A stretch of 63,748 bases of DNA, counting the filler, from Sphacelaria rigidula (Eukaryota): the NCBI GenBank assembly GCA_964200075.2. It is 6 parts of 6 records of this genome, joined end to end, with 100 filler letters (N's around TTAATTAATTAA, not from the genome) between each part and the next. Parts side by side here need not be neighbours in the genome. Positions count along the whole stretch, not along the records: positions 21,285 to 31,826 come from CAXNAA020006310.1; positions 31,927 to 42,467 come from CAXNAA020006311.1; 4 more parts are not named here. One strand, written 5' to 3'. Below, piece by piece: positions 24,301-36,200 of the stretch. The notes under the pieces were generated by a model that was given only the letters and a program-made list of their open reading frames with translations, was not told where the DNA came from and did no database searches. The stretch's first letter is position 1, and each line of letters begins with the position of its first letter. Both the position numbers and the translations under genes were made by a program.

Positions 24301-27149
24301 TTACATATACTTACGCTCAATATCAGGCGAAAGTGGGACAAAATACATGCTCTTTATTCTAACCCCACGACTTGGCGAGTATGTAGACCCTCTGTCGTAT
24401 CTGATACGGACAAGGTGCTATTAATGAAAATCCTCGAGGGGGGAGCAGTGTGTCCTCTGCAAACACATAGGGGTGGGAGCGACATCGGGGTCCCCTTGGG
24501 CAACAAGACACGCCTCGCACAGGTGGAATAGCATCCTCCGGTATAATCGGCCGGTATGTACTTTGGTATATAGTCTCCCTGCTACGAAATAGATGGCCGA
24601 GCGATGTTGAGGTGCTCACACCTGCCATCTTGCATCGTTCAAAGAAACGATGGGGTACGTTAGTTGTGCCGGTGCGCTCAGACAAATAGTACACGTGTGT
24701 TTTACACACGTATTCCACAGGGGTAAGCAAAGTCTGATGTTAGGGCGTTCTATATCAAGCCTGATAAACCGAGGTTTGAAGTGATGGGTGCAGAGCTACG
24801 CTGTCCGGTTGATTGTCTGAACGAACATCGAAAATATAGTATACACTTATTTGGGTCAGTCCATTCTGTTGTTGCCACTTTATAAGTACAGCAAGGGTTG
24901 TTTTGCGGTTGAAAAGTTCAAGTAACAATTATTGCCAGTCATCCAAAGTTTGAGATGATGATTAGGCTATGATTAACCGACATGGTGTGGTGCTGACATC
25001 AGCACGTTATTTAGTGCTTGTTCTTCTAGAGATCTAAATAATTTTTACCTTTGAGGATAAATTCATTTCAGTTCGCTCTTGTACGTTTCACGTTAATTAA
25101 AGCAATTTCTATGATCGCGTTATTAACGGTATCCATTAGTTGGTTTTCAATTGTCAGATGAAATATGTGCCTACTGAACTTGTTTGCACTACAATGGCTA
25201 ACATCGAAGGAATCTATTACAGTAAATCGATCTGAGCCTTGGAGATATAGTACAATTCAGCACAGAGTAATCTCGTATAGAGTAATCTCAGCCCGTGGGG
25301 TGACGATGGTTTTAGATTATTGTGCTTTATGCAGCCCCATGTGTGTTGTGTGCGGCATAGTCGTACAAAGATTATAACTTTCACCTATGGTTGTCTTCCA
25401 TAAGCTCCATCTCCCTGTCCTTGGCGGAGATCTTCAACTCCAGGGTTTGCACTTCTCGATGCGTGATGTCGTAAAATATTTGGATCGTATCCTGCACCGC
25501 GATACATATATACATGCCGAAGTAGAGGCGTTCGATGTTCGGTAATGCAGACGTGTCTCTCTGGGTGGATTACGTTATCAGGACGTTCAGATTTCAGACC
25601 GGGACCGAACAGTTGTTGGGATTGGCTAAACTGCACTGGCGCTGGGTCCAAGTACGCGTACCGTACGCAGGTATTCCTACCCTTTCGAGCTGGACGTAGT
25701 TGCGGTCGAGCATAGATTTCTCTAGCTGCTGCTTGAGCATGGGTACCACCTCTTGCAGCATTTCCAGATCCATGTTGTCATATTCTGCGAAAGATACATT
25801 ATTGACGCGCGCAAATGTCCTTCAGTGAGTGGTGAAAGTGCGTGCGAAGATTCCAGTCAACGGCCGCAACCACATAAAACTTAGAGATGCGATGGAAAAT
25901 GTCGAAGTGTCTCCCCCTTACCGTAGATAATGTATCGTATGATACGTGCACAAAGCTACACGTTGTGTGTGACATAGAAGTCTCACGTAGTCAAGTGTCA
26001 AATCAAACAATGAGAAGCATTGCATCCACTTGATTTCCTCCACAACATTTTCATCTAGAAGCAGGTAGTTTTAAACCTACAGGAGGGAAACATGGATAGT
26101 CTGGAACTGCCGCGCTCCGTTGATTCAGCTTAGAATATTTCTTGGGTTTCACATCCCGATAAAATGGTCTCGTTACATAGCCCTTCAACCGCAAACCCCC
26201 TTAAATCACCGATTAATGCTTAGATGAGAATAGGAGTGTTTGCAAGCAAAAACGCAATTCCGTTTGTGGATTTCATATTTCTCGTGCATACCTATGAGCC
26301 GGAGTTGCTATTAATAAATTTCGGTACGGGACGATGGCCTCACTGATAGCTTATGGACGAGAAATGTAGCAGTGTCAAACGAAGATTTGGTATCGTACTC
26401 TGTAGTGGTTCGAAACCATTGCCTTTTCATTAGACAAAGCGCCTTTACACGGACGGAAAGGGGGATAGGGGCCGGGAAAATGTGTAGTATGATAACTATA
26501 ATCCTGGTACGGCGTGCTTAATACCATATTGTGGTGCTCGCTACGGGGTACGCTGTAGGGTATTGGCGGCTTCGTAGGCGGTGTTGGGAACAAGCGGGAG
26601 GGTATTGAGCGTTTGCTTTCATCACCATGGGATGCTTCAGCTCTCTTGACACCATAAGAAGGGTACGGTGTAGATGACACAAACTGCTCCAAAAAGAATA
26701 TAACGCATTTTTAACTACCGTCCCTTAGAAATGATGAGTCATGTGTCTTTGCCGGAGGCAGCATTTTAGTTTGTAACGGAGGATAACTTCCGTTTTGCTC
26801 CTTTTGATCGGTTCGAAAGTGAGATCCAACGTTTCTCGTCTCCACATGAATCGCCTGGAAACGCGAATGACTGACTTCCGAAGCTTTCCCGCTGATTTGG
26901 GATTTGGTTAACCGGCATGCCCCACCCCCATACACACACTCTGGAAACTCCTGGATACCCCGGGACCGTGAACGCAAAAGCTATTCCGAGACGAGACTGG
27001 CGGTCAAAGGGTTGAGTGTTTGACACGGAACGTGAAGTATATCGGAACAGTTTAGGGCGCTCACCAGTCTCCTCTTGTTTGACCTCCTCTTTCTTCCCCT
27101 TCTTGCCCTTGCCCTTGCCCTTTTTTCCGCCTTTCTTCTTAGCCCCCAT
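21333..27149 (-). CDS. DRC4 (GAS8): Dynein regulatory complex subunit 4 / growth-arrest-specific 8 homolog; 8 exons, 281 aa visible, 3'-truncated by the contig end
   Basis: Phase-consistent GT-AG exons are 27065-27149, 25681-25784, 25385-25491, 24023-24142, 23482-23572, 22984-23112, 22280-22402 and 21333-21416. They translate [118 protein letters not shown]. This matches the GAS8 hallmarks RNYFQLERD, VYKQKVKHLLYEHQ, HEVEERKN and YYNDIT. Confidence 0.95.
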
Positions 27150-27912
27150 GTTTTCCTGTCAAACGTTTACCCTCAATGACTGTGGCTGTTGCGACACCTG
27201 TCCGGGTCCAGGCAGCATGCAAATAGTCGCAGGGTTACGGTCGACGGATGGAACGCACGTTTGACGACCGCAGTATAGTTTCGTTCCAGGATTTGAGTTG
27301 ATTGTTCCGCTTGAAATCGCGAACAAGGATGAAGAGCTGTTCCTCTGCACAGGGATTTCCGCCTGCCCTGGCTTTCGTGTGCTCATTTGCTCCTATGCTC
27401 GACTTCAACGAGTGTAATTTTGCAACGATATCTGTATGTGTAGTCTTTCTCAGCAGTAATTGATATCTTTTTTGGGTTCAATTACGCCGCATTTCGGTCT
27501 CGAACGCACTGTAGGACAGCACCCCTTGGTACCCCTTTACAGTAGCTGCAGTGACTTGTGTGCCACTCACGACACTGGCTGTTGGCAAAAGAGAACGATG
27601 CTTGCTTCCGTGTATACTAGTTCATCCCAGGGCGAGCAGCACGCAATGTTCTGGCTCACACATCTCACCCGCAGACGTCTGTGCCGCTTCGCCCGTTGTC
27701 TCTTGATCATTCCGCCGCGTTTCCCCTAAAAAGCACTCGCATGACGGATTACAAATAGTAGTATACGAGTACTGTAATTTATACTACTACTGCAGTTACA
27801 ATCAGAACTGCATCGTTCACCGCTTAGCACAGTTCAGCACCGTACATTAAGGTTGAGCAGCACTAACTAGTTCTGGCGGTGGTGGAGGGTGGTCGTGAGG
27901 AAGATCAGGAGG

Positions 27913-29870
27913 ATGGCCCCTATAACTCAAAAACATTTCAGGGGGATGAACAGGGCCGCCAGTGGAATAAAGGTGTAGTAGCAGCATGTGAAACATCATT
28001 CTTCCCGAAACAGAAACACCAACAACATATCCAGCAGCAGAACGACCAATTTCGGAGTTCCATGGGGATGTCTTATGCTAGCAACTGAAATTTTATTACG
28101 CAAAGCAATCATGTGTAATCGATGGTTCATAGACGACGGAACTCTGTCCCGATCATGAATGACTATAGTCTATACCCCGCAACCTTCCCGTGGAAAACGG
28201 CCCATGCCTTCCCTTGCAGTTGGTTAGCCTCGTGCGAGGTGCGCCTGCGGTGAGTGAGTTTCCGAGTGTCCATAAAAGTGGACATCTCTGAGCTTTGAAG
28301 CCAGCGAAAGCTCGCTAGCCCAAATGTCGAGTGTCCGGTTTATGATCTCACTGGATCTTTCCGCGGCGCCAGCGAGGTATCTCTTGGCGCATGATTCCAG
28401 AGCTATGGGTGGCAGGAGATATCAATGCCCGCAATTTATGGATTTTTTTAGGCCTAATTTCTTCGCGAGCTACTGTGGGAGCGCCGCGGAGATTGTGTGT
28501 TGTGTATGTTGTCATCTCATCTATTCTGGACGCCAGTCTACACCTTTCGGTATATGCGGGCATATCAGCCAGAGTCACACAGGAGGAAGGCCAACAGTAG
28601 TTTTTTTTTTTTTGTACTCCACCTTCCTTCTGTGGTGCTTGACTTGTTTTCATCGCGAGAGGGGTGCAGCAGTCCCTTTCCCTCGTCGACCTAAAGTCAA
28701 TTTTTGTGTACCCGCGACAAAGTCGCTTTCCACTGTCGGGCATCGTGTCAGAGAAAATCCCAGATCGTGTGACTGCACACCGAGATTCGAACCCACGACC
28801 CAACCGTCAGTGGGTTTCGAGGTTACCAACTGAGCCACCGGGGCGACCGGCTCTGTAATTTCGCCAAAGCAGTAATCGAGCTCTTCCAATGTCCCAGATG
28901 AACATCCGTGTGGGACGTTGACGTCCACCGGGGATAGGCATCCGGGGCATTGTGACCATAAAGCGCAACCGAACCCTGACCCCAACTCATGAACAATCGA
29001 TGCGTCAGTGACGATACATCTAAGTTGGTGTGCGCTAGTGGAGCGCGATGCAATGTCCGCCAGTAGATTATACATCTAGGCTACCGTACACGTGTGCAAG
29101 ACCGTCTTTCCTGATGGCAGTGGGATTTATTTAGCTTTGACATTCGCACTTGCTTTTGGCAAAAAAAATCGCGTCCGGGCTGGCATTTCGGATTTTTACA
29201 CTGTGCGAAAGCATCAAGCTCACGTGCCTGAGACATTTCGCCCATCGGTGCGACGGCCTTGAATGCCTTGAGGCTATCATACGAACGCCGCCTTGTATGA
29301 GCGATTTGCGACGCGTGTCGGTGTCTCAGAATCATCTGGAACTTCCGACTTTCACATTTCAGCAAAAGTGACCCTGAAAGTGACATGAGTCGCCACTTCA
29401 AGGTTGGAGTACGTGTAAGCACCAGTCGTCTAACACGGTGTCAAGGGCGAATCTACAGTAAGATTACTGTAATATACAAAGGAAATCACAAACGCGTAGT
29501 GATGGTACTCAGAAGAAGCTCCGATATCCAATCACTAGATTACCTGTGGTACGATTGCGAAACTTAGCCATCCACATACACTACCCGACTGATCGACGAC
29601 ATTGGCAACACCATGCAGCTTAGACAAGATCCATTGTGCATCGCAATGGTGCGACGACGTGGCGTGCTACTACTGTGCTACTGTGAGGCATCAGCACTAT
29701 CCGATCAAACACTTCACCGCTGGACTGGTCTGCACCATTCGGTCTACATGCACGCGAAAATATATTCGCAGGGCGTTTTGGAGACCTTGGGCAACCAGCT
29801 GAAGCAGTTAGAGGGTGAAATTAAAGCCGACGAGGCCGGAAGAATGGAATTTGAGCGTCTTCTCACACAG
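27913..29870 (+). CDS. Small coiled-coil protein, two visible exons, divergent from DRC4
   Basis: Exon 27913-27972 (MAPITQKHFRGMNRAASGIK, AAG|GT) joins exon 29772-29870 (CAG|GVLETLGNQLKQLEGEIKADEAGRMEFERLLTQ|GT) in phase 0. The sequence is heptad-like. Later exons were not found. Confidence 0.55.
28493..28850 (-). mobile_element. tRNA-derived SINE, full-length reference copy
   Basis: On the minus strand it has A-box TGGCTCAGTTGG and B-box GGTTCGAATC in a tRNA-like head, a ~280-bp body, and a 3' end GGCGTCCAGAATAGATGAGATGACAAC plus an ACA-rich tail. Confidence 0.9.
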
Positions 29871-30079
29871 GTACTCACATCATCTGGGGTAGATGTGTAT
29901 ATCTGCGGTGGGACATGCACTTGCTCATGAAATGGTGACATCACCGACGGATAGAGACGAGCTCCGACGCGATCAGATTTCAACTAACCGGAGATTGAAA
30001 TAGCGTTTCAACACGGGGTTTACAAGTTGCATATGCATTTTTTCAGGAGGAGCGAAGCCAAACATGACGGTCGAAGACT

Positions 30080-31035
30080 GCATTTGCATTCTTTTTCACA
30101 AAGATTTTGATGCTTATCGAGGTTCTCACCGTGAATCCGAGTAGACTGAAGAACTGAACTACATGATAAGCACCGCCAAAAAAGTTCAGCACATCACCAT
30201 TTTGGCAACGTCGTAGCACACAAGGCATACTCAACCCATGTAAGACTAGTAGTGTAGCATCGCTGACTTCGGAGCAAGCACGGAGTAAAACTCCAGTGGT
30301 AAGCAACAGACCGGTCAGGTCCTGTTGCCTGGTGTGACAGGGAACACCTCAGCAACGCACATTGCTGTATACGATGGCGCTGCCCTGGCATCCGCTTCGG
30401 TCAATTCGATGCGGGGACAAGGCACTCTGCCATCGTCGAGTCAGGACGTGGGCCTCACAACCCCACCCCGCATATATTGTATGCTTAGCTTGTACGACGG
30501 GATGCTAAGGGTCTCACATTATATCTTCAGGTGAAAATAATGACTTATGGTGTTCGTTTGCTGAACACGACAAACAACAGTGGCGAGAGACCAATCCTGG
30601 AGATCCTACGGTCTCTACACAGAACAGGAATCAAGTTTGAGGCAACTCTATATTCCCGGAGATTTCCCAAAGTATATTTCGGAAACGGAAGAGCCAAACA
30701 TTATACTAGGGAACTGGAAAGCCGAGTTTGAGATATCTCTAAGGATCCTCTCTTTCCCCCCTGTTGTTGTCGGTCCGTGCTGCATATCGCGGCGTTGCAC
30801 AAATACAGTAGAGGAGGGGATTCCGACATGGCCCCGAAGCGATAGCTCATACTATCGCGGTCAGGTAGGCCGACGTCTACGAGCACAAGATGCACGACAT
30901 TGATACTGCACTATAACTGCAAACCGTTGCCGCCGCCCTCCCCCCCAAGCGCACTACCATCCTGACGGGGATTGTTTTCGAACCATGGTGAGAACCTCGA
31001 TAAGCACCAAAACGGTCTTGAAAAAAAACGCAAAC
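30080..31035. mobile_element. Possible ~950-bp TIR element
   Basis: TGCTTATCGAGGTTCTCACC (30111-30130) has an exact inverted copy at 30987-31006, with degenerate extension outward. Confidence 0.45.
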
Positions 31036-31367
31036 ATGTACTCTTCAGGCGTCATGTGTGGCCTCGCTCGGCCTACAAAAACTCCTTCCACAGTTTGTAA
31101 AATCCCGTATTTTGTGTGATATACCGGGAAGAGAGATCTGTGACCGGGCAACCTCTCGCTTGACACTTGACGAATGTTGAAGCCCCATATAGTGAACGAG
31201 AACTCGCCACCAGTCCCTATCGCGAGCCTGTATCGGGTGAAGACATTCTCGGCAATATAACATTGATAGAACCGGCTTGCCTTGAGTGTTCAACCGCTGA
31301 GAAACCGTGAAAGAGTCATGCCACGGTATGAGTGGACATTTCAGTGTAAAACGTTTCAGAGGCTGCA

Positions 31368-31570
31368 CACTCAGTTCAAGTTAACTTGCCTCATGTACCA
31401 AGTATCAACGGTAAAATCAAGTGGCTTGCCTCAGCTATTCTAATAGCAAGTGACTTGGTTTACCTATACTCAGTTAAAGTAAGCTGTCTCAGCTAGTCTG
31501 AGATCAAGTGACATTATTGATTTATACTCAGTTCAAGTTACTCGACTTCACTCTACGATCAAGTAACTCG
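31368..31570. repeat. Degenerate tandem array of CTCAG..CAAGT units
   Basis: ACTCAGTTCAAGT, CTCAGCTA and CAAGTGAC motifs recur across this stretch. Confidence 0.6.
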
Positions 31571-31826
31571 TTTCGTGTAAGGAGTAGTGACTAGCTTTAC
31601 ATAAGACTTCGTAACCTCGCCACCCCACCCCCTGGAGCGCCGGAAATGAGAAACTGGAGTGTGGGTTCGGGATTTGTTTTTGCTACCCTTGGTCCGCCCT
31701 ACGGATCGTAGATCATGTAAACTGACGGCCCAGAGCTTTTCGACCAAAAGCTTTCCCAGCTCTATTTTTCAACCAATTACAGAACTTCGTGCCACTTTTC
31801 ACTTTCTTTTTCTCTGGACATGTATC

Positions 31827-31926
31827 NNNNNNNNNNNNNNNNNNNNNNNNNNNNNNNNNNNNNNNNNNNNTTAATTAATTAANNNNNNNNNNNNNNNNNN
31901 NNNNNNNNNNNNNNNNNNNNNNNNNN
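31827..31926. other. Artificial contig linker
   Basis: N44-TTAATTAATTAA-N44. Confidence 0.98.
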
Positions 31927-32497
31927 GGGGTCCGCCCCTACAAAGCCGGGACGGAGCACGCCGGGTTCTCGCCGGACCAGGCTGACACGTGGGTGGGGGG
32001 TGGGTGATTATTAGGACGCTTAATCGTCATCCAGTACACGGGACGAACATTGGCAAAGTGTGTATTGTAGCTCTCACATCACGAGTGTCGCTGTACACTC
32101 CATTATCCGCATCCCAGTAGAAAAAAATACATCGAAACGGCGGCGAGCGGTGCGCGACACGCGTGCATGACCAAATACGTTAGGCCGCTAGAGGGCCACG
32201 GACGCTCGACAGGAAGCACACAGGATGGTCACGACGTCGACTTAGATCTGCTAGGGAGTATTGCATTGCATACTGGTAGCATACCGTAGGATGCGCTACC
32301 CTGTATCCGAAATAGGATGACGGAGTCATCTGTGGTACGTCGTCGGGCCGTTGGTACACGAGTTCCATGCCCATTACTATCCCGACCAGGCACACGTCTT
32401 CTCACCACAACACCGCTTTCCTCACAGCCAACGATGGACACGTTTCGATACAGCAGCAGGACATGCAAAATCTGTCAGCAAGTGCGTGTACCATTAC

Positions 32498-33160
32498 CTG
32501 GTAATGTCGATCGAGGCGATCATAGTCGGTCGTATCCAGCGTTATCGCGGCCCCCAGCCTTCCGAAGACACCACCCGACACGTCCATGGTCGGTCGCCGC
32601 CGCATGTCCGAGGCCGTATTGCACCAGCGCAAGTCCCTATCGTACGGTACTTCCTCCAGGCTCAGCGAGACCACAGGGTCCTCCACGTGTCCGCCTGCCT
32701 GCCCCGCCGCCGCCAAAAACTCGCTCTCGAGCATGGCTGGGTGGACGCCCCGCCCCCCGCTGCTGCCGCCACCCCTCCCCGCATTGTTTCTTCTACCCCC
32801 CGTTGCCGCGCCGCCCGAGCCCCCTGCGCGGCGCGCGCCAGCACCTTTAGTTGCGCCATCATCAGCATGACCGGCGCCAAGGTCATCCTTGTGTTTGGGG
32901 ACGGCAGCGGTGATCGTGGCGGTAGTATTAACTGAGGATGATGACTGGCTCACCACTCGCCCTCCCGACTTGTCCTTGTCCTCCCAAAGCGTCCGACGGC
33001 TGTGGCCACGCCCGCCTGAAACCGCCCCTGTCCCACCTCCACCGCCCCCCGAGGAGCTGCCGCTACCCGAAGTACCGTTTCGAATAGCGGGTTTTCCAGT
33101 GATGGAGGCGGTGCTGATCGGCGCTCCTAGCCCTCCTCCTTTCCTCCGCCTTCGGCTAGA
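32498..33160 (-). CDS. Large Gly/Ser-rich exon (221 codons) of a protein of unknown function
   Basis: The exon is open throughout and GC-rich, bounded by CAG|TCT and CAG|GTAATG. A possible terminal exon lies at 32229-32300. Candidate upstream exons near 40055-40200, 40930-41110 and 41360-41485 are weaker. Confidence 0.65.
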
Positions 33161-33924
33161 CTGGTGAGCGGCATTATATGCCTACTTTGTGGGGGGAAAA
33201 GAAAAAAAGAAGAGAGAGGCAAATTCGACCGTGTTTTCCCCAAGACATGCATTGATCTATTGTCGCGCATTTTGCCGAACATGTCCTCGACTACAACGTG
33301 CGCTGCATCGAGATAGAGGTCGGTGCTCGACGAGAGAATCATGTGTTCGGGAGACGATGTAATCGTTCATTTTCCGTACCCACACGTGTTGGAGGAAAAC
33401 CCGTGAACGCCGACAAGATGTGTTGTGTGTCCAACACGGTTAGCGCAACAAACGAGCAGACTCGCAAATAATACGTTTCCGAACCAAGACGTCAGCGAGC
33501 TCGGCCGTTGTCACCTTGACCAGCAAAATACACCGACCAACCATCGATTTCTTGGGATGTCATAGTCACTCTTGTAAGAGGCTTGGGAGGTCGTGCGCCC
33601 TCACCACGTGAGCAAGGCAAGGGAGAAATCCGCCACCCGTATTGAAGAGCTTGTGGGACGTCAGCCTACGATAGATGATTCAAGATAAGACAAGACGAGA
33701 AGAAAAGGCACACATACATTGAATATTACCTGTGCAACTACGGACGAGTGGGGAAGCTCCTCTGTGAACGGATCGTATGAGGCGAGACATGTTAGACACT
33801 CACGTCCCAATCATAGCCCGAGTCAGTGTTCCGTAGGAGCCACTCCGAGACGTTCTTGCGGTTGGACGGTCAATCGACAGCAACAAATCATTACCACTGG
33901 AAATACTTCAGTACACTACAGTAC

Positions 33925-34228
33925 AACATTTGGTCGAAAGATGCAATAGACGGAAATGTACTGGGTGAAGTATAGGCCAGTTGCAGCTTTTGTCGACTGA
34001 CAATTGCTCATACCCTGGACAAAAGATTACAGTAAAAAATCGTACTGCGTACAGTATCGCCTCTAGCACCTATCGCAACAGACAATATATTGTATACTAT
34101 ACGCAGTACATTTTCGACGATAGAATCCTTTGTCCAGGGTGTGCAATAGCTATCAAAGGTCTATATACTTTACACAGTGCATTTTTTCTCGTCTATTGCA
34201 TTTATCGACCATATGTCGCCCAGGGTGG
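33925..34228. mobile_element. Foldback / MITE-like imperfect palindrome
   Basis: The inner inverted repeat ACCCTGGACAAAAGATT (34012-34028) / AATCCTTTGTCCAGGGT (34124-34140) matches 16/17. Outer arms TGGTCGAAAGATGCAATAGACG and CGTCTATTGCATTTATCGACCA are also inverted. Confidence 0.7.
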
Positions 34229-35899
34229 GCAACATTGCAGCCGCGCCCAGGTGGCGTAAATTTAAATGGTCCGACTGTCAATATTAGGGTGGAGACACGA
34301 CGTGGGTTAATTTCCCGATGCGTTGGATTTTTCTTCGAGGTATCCGACTCTTCTCCGTCGAAACCGTGAGTACCTGAGTGAACAAAAAGTAATTGACTGC
34401 GTTTGTTCGACGGGAGTGGACGCGGTGCGGGAGTTCCACGAGATCAAAATGCAAGGCGTCTACCGGGGAGAGATGGGCGGGCTGATCCCTCGACACCACG
34501 GACTAATCCCCAGAAAACGCAGCGGTTCAAAGTGTGACAAGAAGAAAAAAGATGAAAAAAAAATGAGTGTCCCAGCATGGCGCGGCCCCGGGAAAAGGCT
34601 GCCGCGAGAAAACTTCCCCGCGTTTTTCAGTAAAAACGCGGCCCGCCACCAAATTAACCAAAAATCGGGTCAAGGCTTGACTCAGTGACAGCCCCAGGTC
34701 ATTACTATCATTTTTTGTTGTTTCCGCACATTCGTCCGATCACTCGTACCCGTGGTCACAGACGTAGGCCCGTCTTTCGAATACCGTCCCTGCTATTCCT
34801 TACAAGACATGGAGTCCTCCATCATTTTTCTTCGAGACTCCAGCCTAGTTACAAGGTAAAAACTCACTTTTCTGGCTCCGAAGTCTGGAGCCGTCATGGA
34901 CGGGTTCGAATACAAGGCATATTGACGTCGGCTGTATTTTTCCGGCTGGTACTCGACTGGCCAAAATCTAGGATATGTACCATAAAAAAAGCGTGCCCAG
35001 ATTTTTCTCCGATGCAACTTTGCGATACTGGGCATTCAGACAGGGATGGGAGCCCTCGACGTTTTTTCCGGGCGAAAATGTTTTCACTCAACATAAAAAC
35101 GTGATCTTGTGATTGAATCGCATGATCTCCGGTGACCTCTGACCCCACTTTTCGGGTGCACCACCCCAAAGAAAGCGGCACCCGCTCACAAGAGCATGCC
35201 GACAAGCTACGTAGGAGATCAGAGGAACCGTTACCATGCAAAGATGAACAGGGGCAGCAATGGCTTCATCAACTACTCCTGTACACCCCCCACCAGCCGA
35301 CGGTGACACTTTCGTGGGGGGTAACTTTATACTGCCTCTAGCTAGCTTGTACAAGTCAACGATGTTGAAACAGACTGATCATACGCATTACCCTCGCACC
35401 AGAAATTACCCTGGCCCATGCCGTGCAAATGAAACTGCTTTTGTCCTGGGGTTGTCTTCTGTTCCATTCAGCGACGGGAAAACACACTCCTCTGAAAATA
35501 AAGTGTACCCCTCCAAATTACCCTTGTTACAGGATTAGCAAAAACATCCACCACACCATACGCTTCCCATAGGCATTGGGTCACGAATTCACCACCCGAC
35601 ATGCGTGCTGGGTGCTTCGTACATACAGGCAAATGGATGATGACAAAGCGCAACCGACACAACATGCTTTTCGGTTTCGCAGACCGTGTGGGGTGACGAA
35701 TTACGGCACAGGCAAAGTGTTGATTGAAAGCTCCACCCACAGGCTCTGCGGCGACGCCGCTTGTACGTGTGCATGCATAGTTGGCGTAGAGAAGAGAGGA
35801 AACAAGAGAGAAAAAAATCCGCAATGAGGGGGATCACGAGTTCTGGAATACTCAATCCAGACATGCACACTTGTTCATGTCTGCATTGGAAGGCCCTTG

Positions 35900-36200
35900 A
35901 AAACGGTTCGATTCTGTGTTGGGGAAGAATCGATGTTTTGTGCAGGAACGGGAGGAATTTTCCTCGATAGTGGTAGGAGTATAGAAGCCATTTCAGAACA
36001 CATTGACCTGCACGATTGCCTGTGTGATGAGTCAGGTGGAGCAGTTCGGTGTGGGAGGAGCAGTAAGGTACAAGGGCAAATGCACCCGTAAAGTGATAAT
36101 AACGGTGTCTGGATTGAAGTCGAGGTGTGTGAGATCCGGGAGACGGGTGTGGTGCGACCATCTGTTGGTGACTGCATCTCGAAGTGATGTTTTCTGAGTT
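35900..36200 (-). repeat. Dispersed ~300-bp repeat, inverted copy of 39250-39560
   Basis: GGAAGAATCGATGTTTTGTGCAG..GGAGACGGGTGTGGTGCGACCATC is reverse-complementary to 39290-39540. Confidence 0.9.

Noticed and set aside
28775-28850. tRNA gene
   Set aside because: A and B boxes are present, but the head is fused to a repeated body and tail, so it is a SINE head.
32317-32935. Long plus-strand Pro/Arg-rich ORFs
   Set aside because: They are shadows of the GC-rich minus-strand exon 32498-33160.
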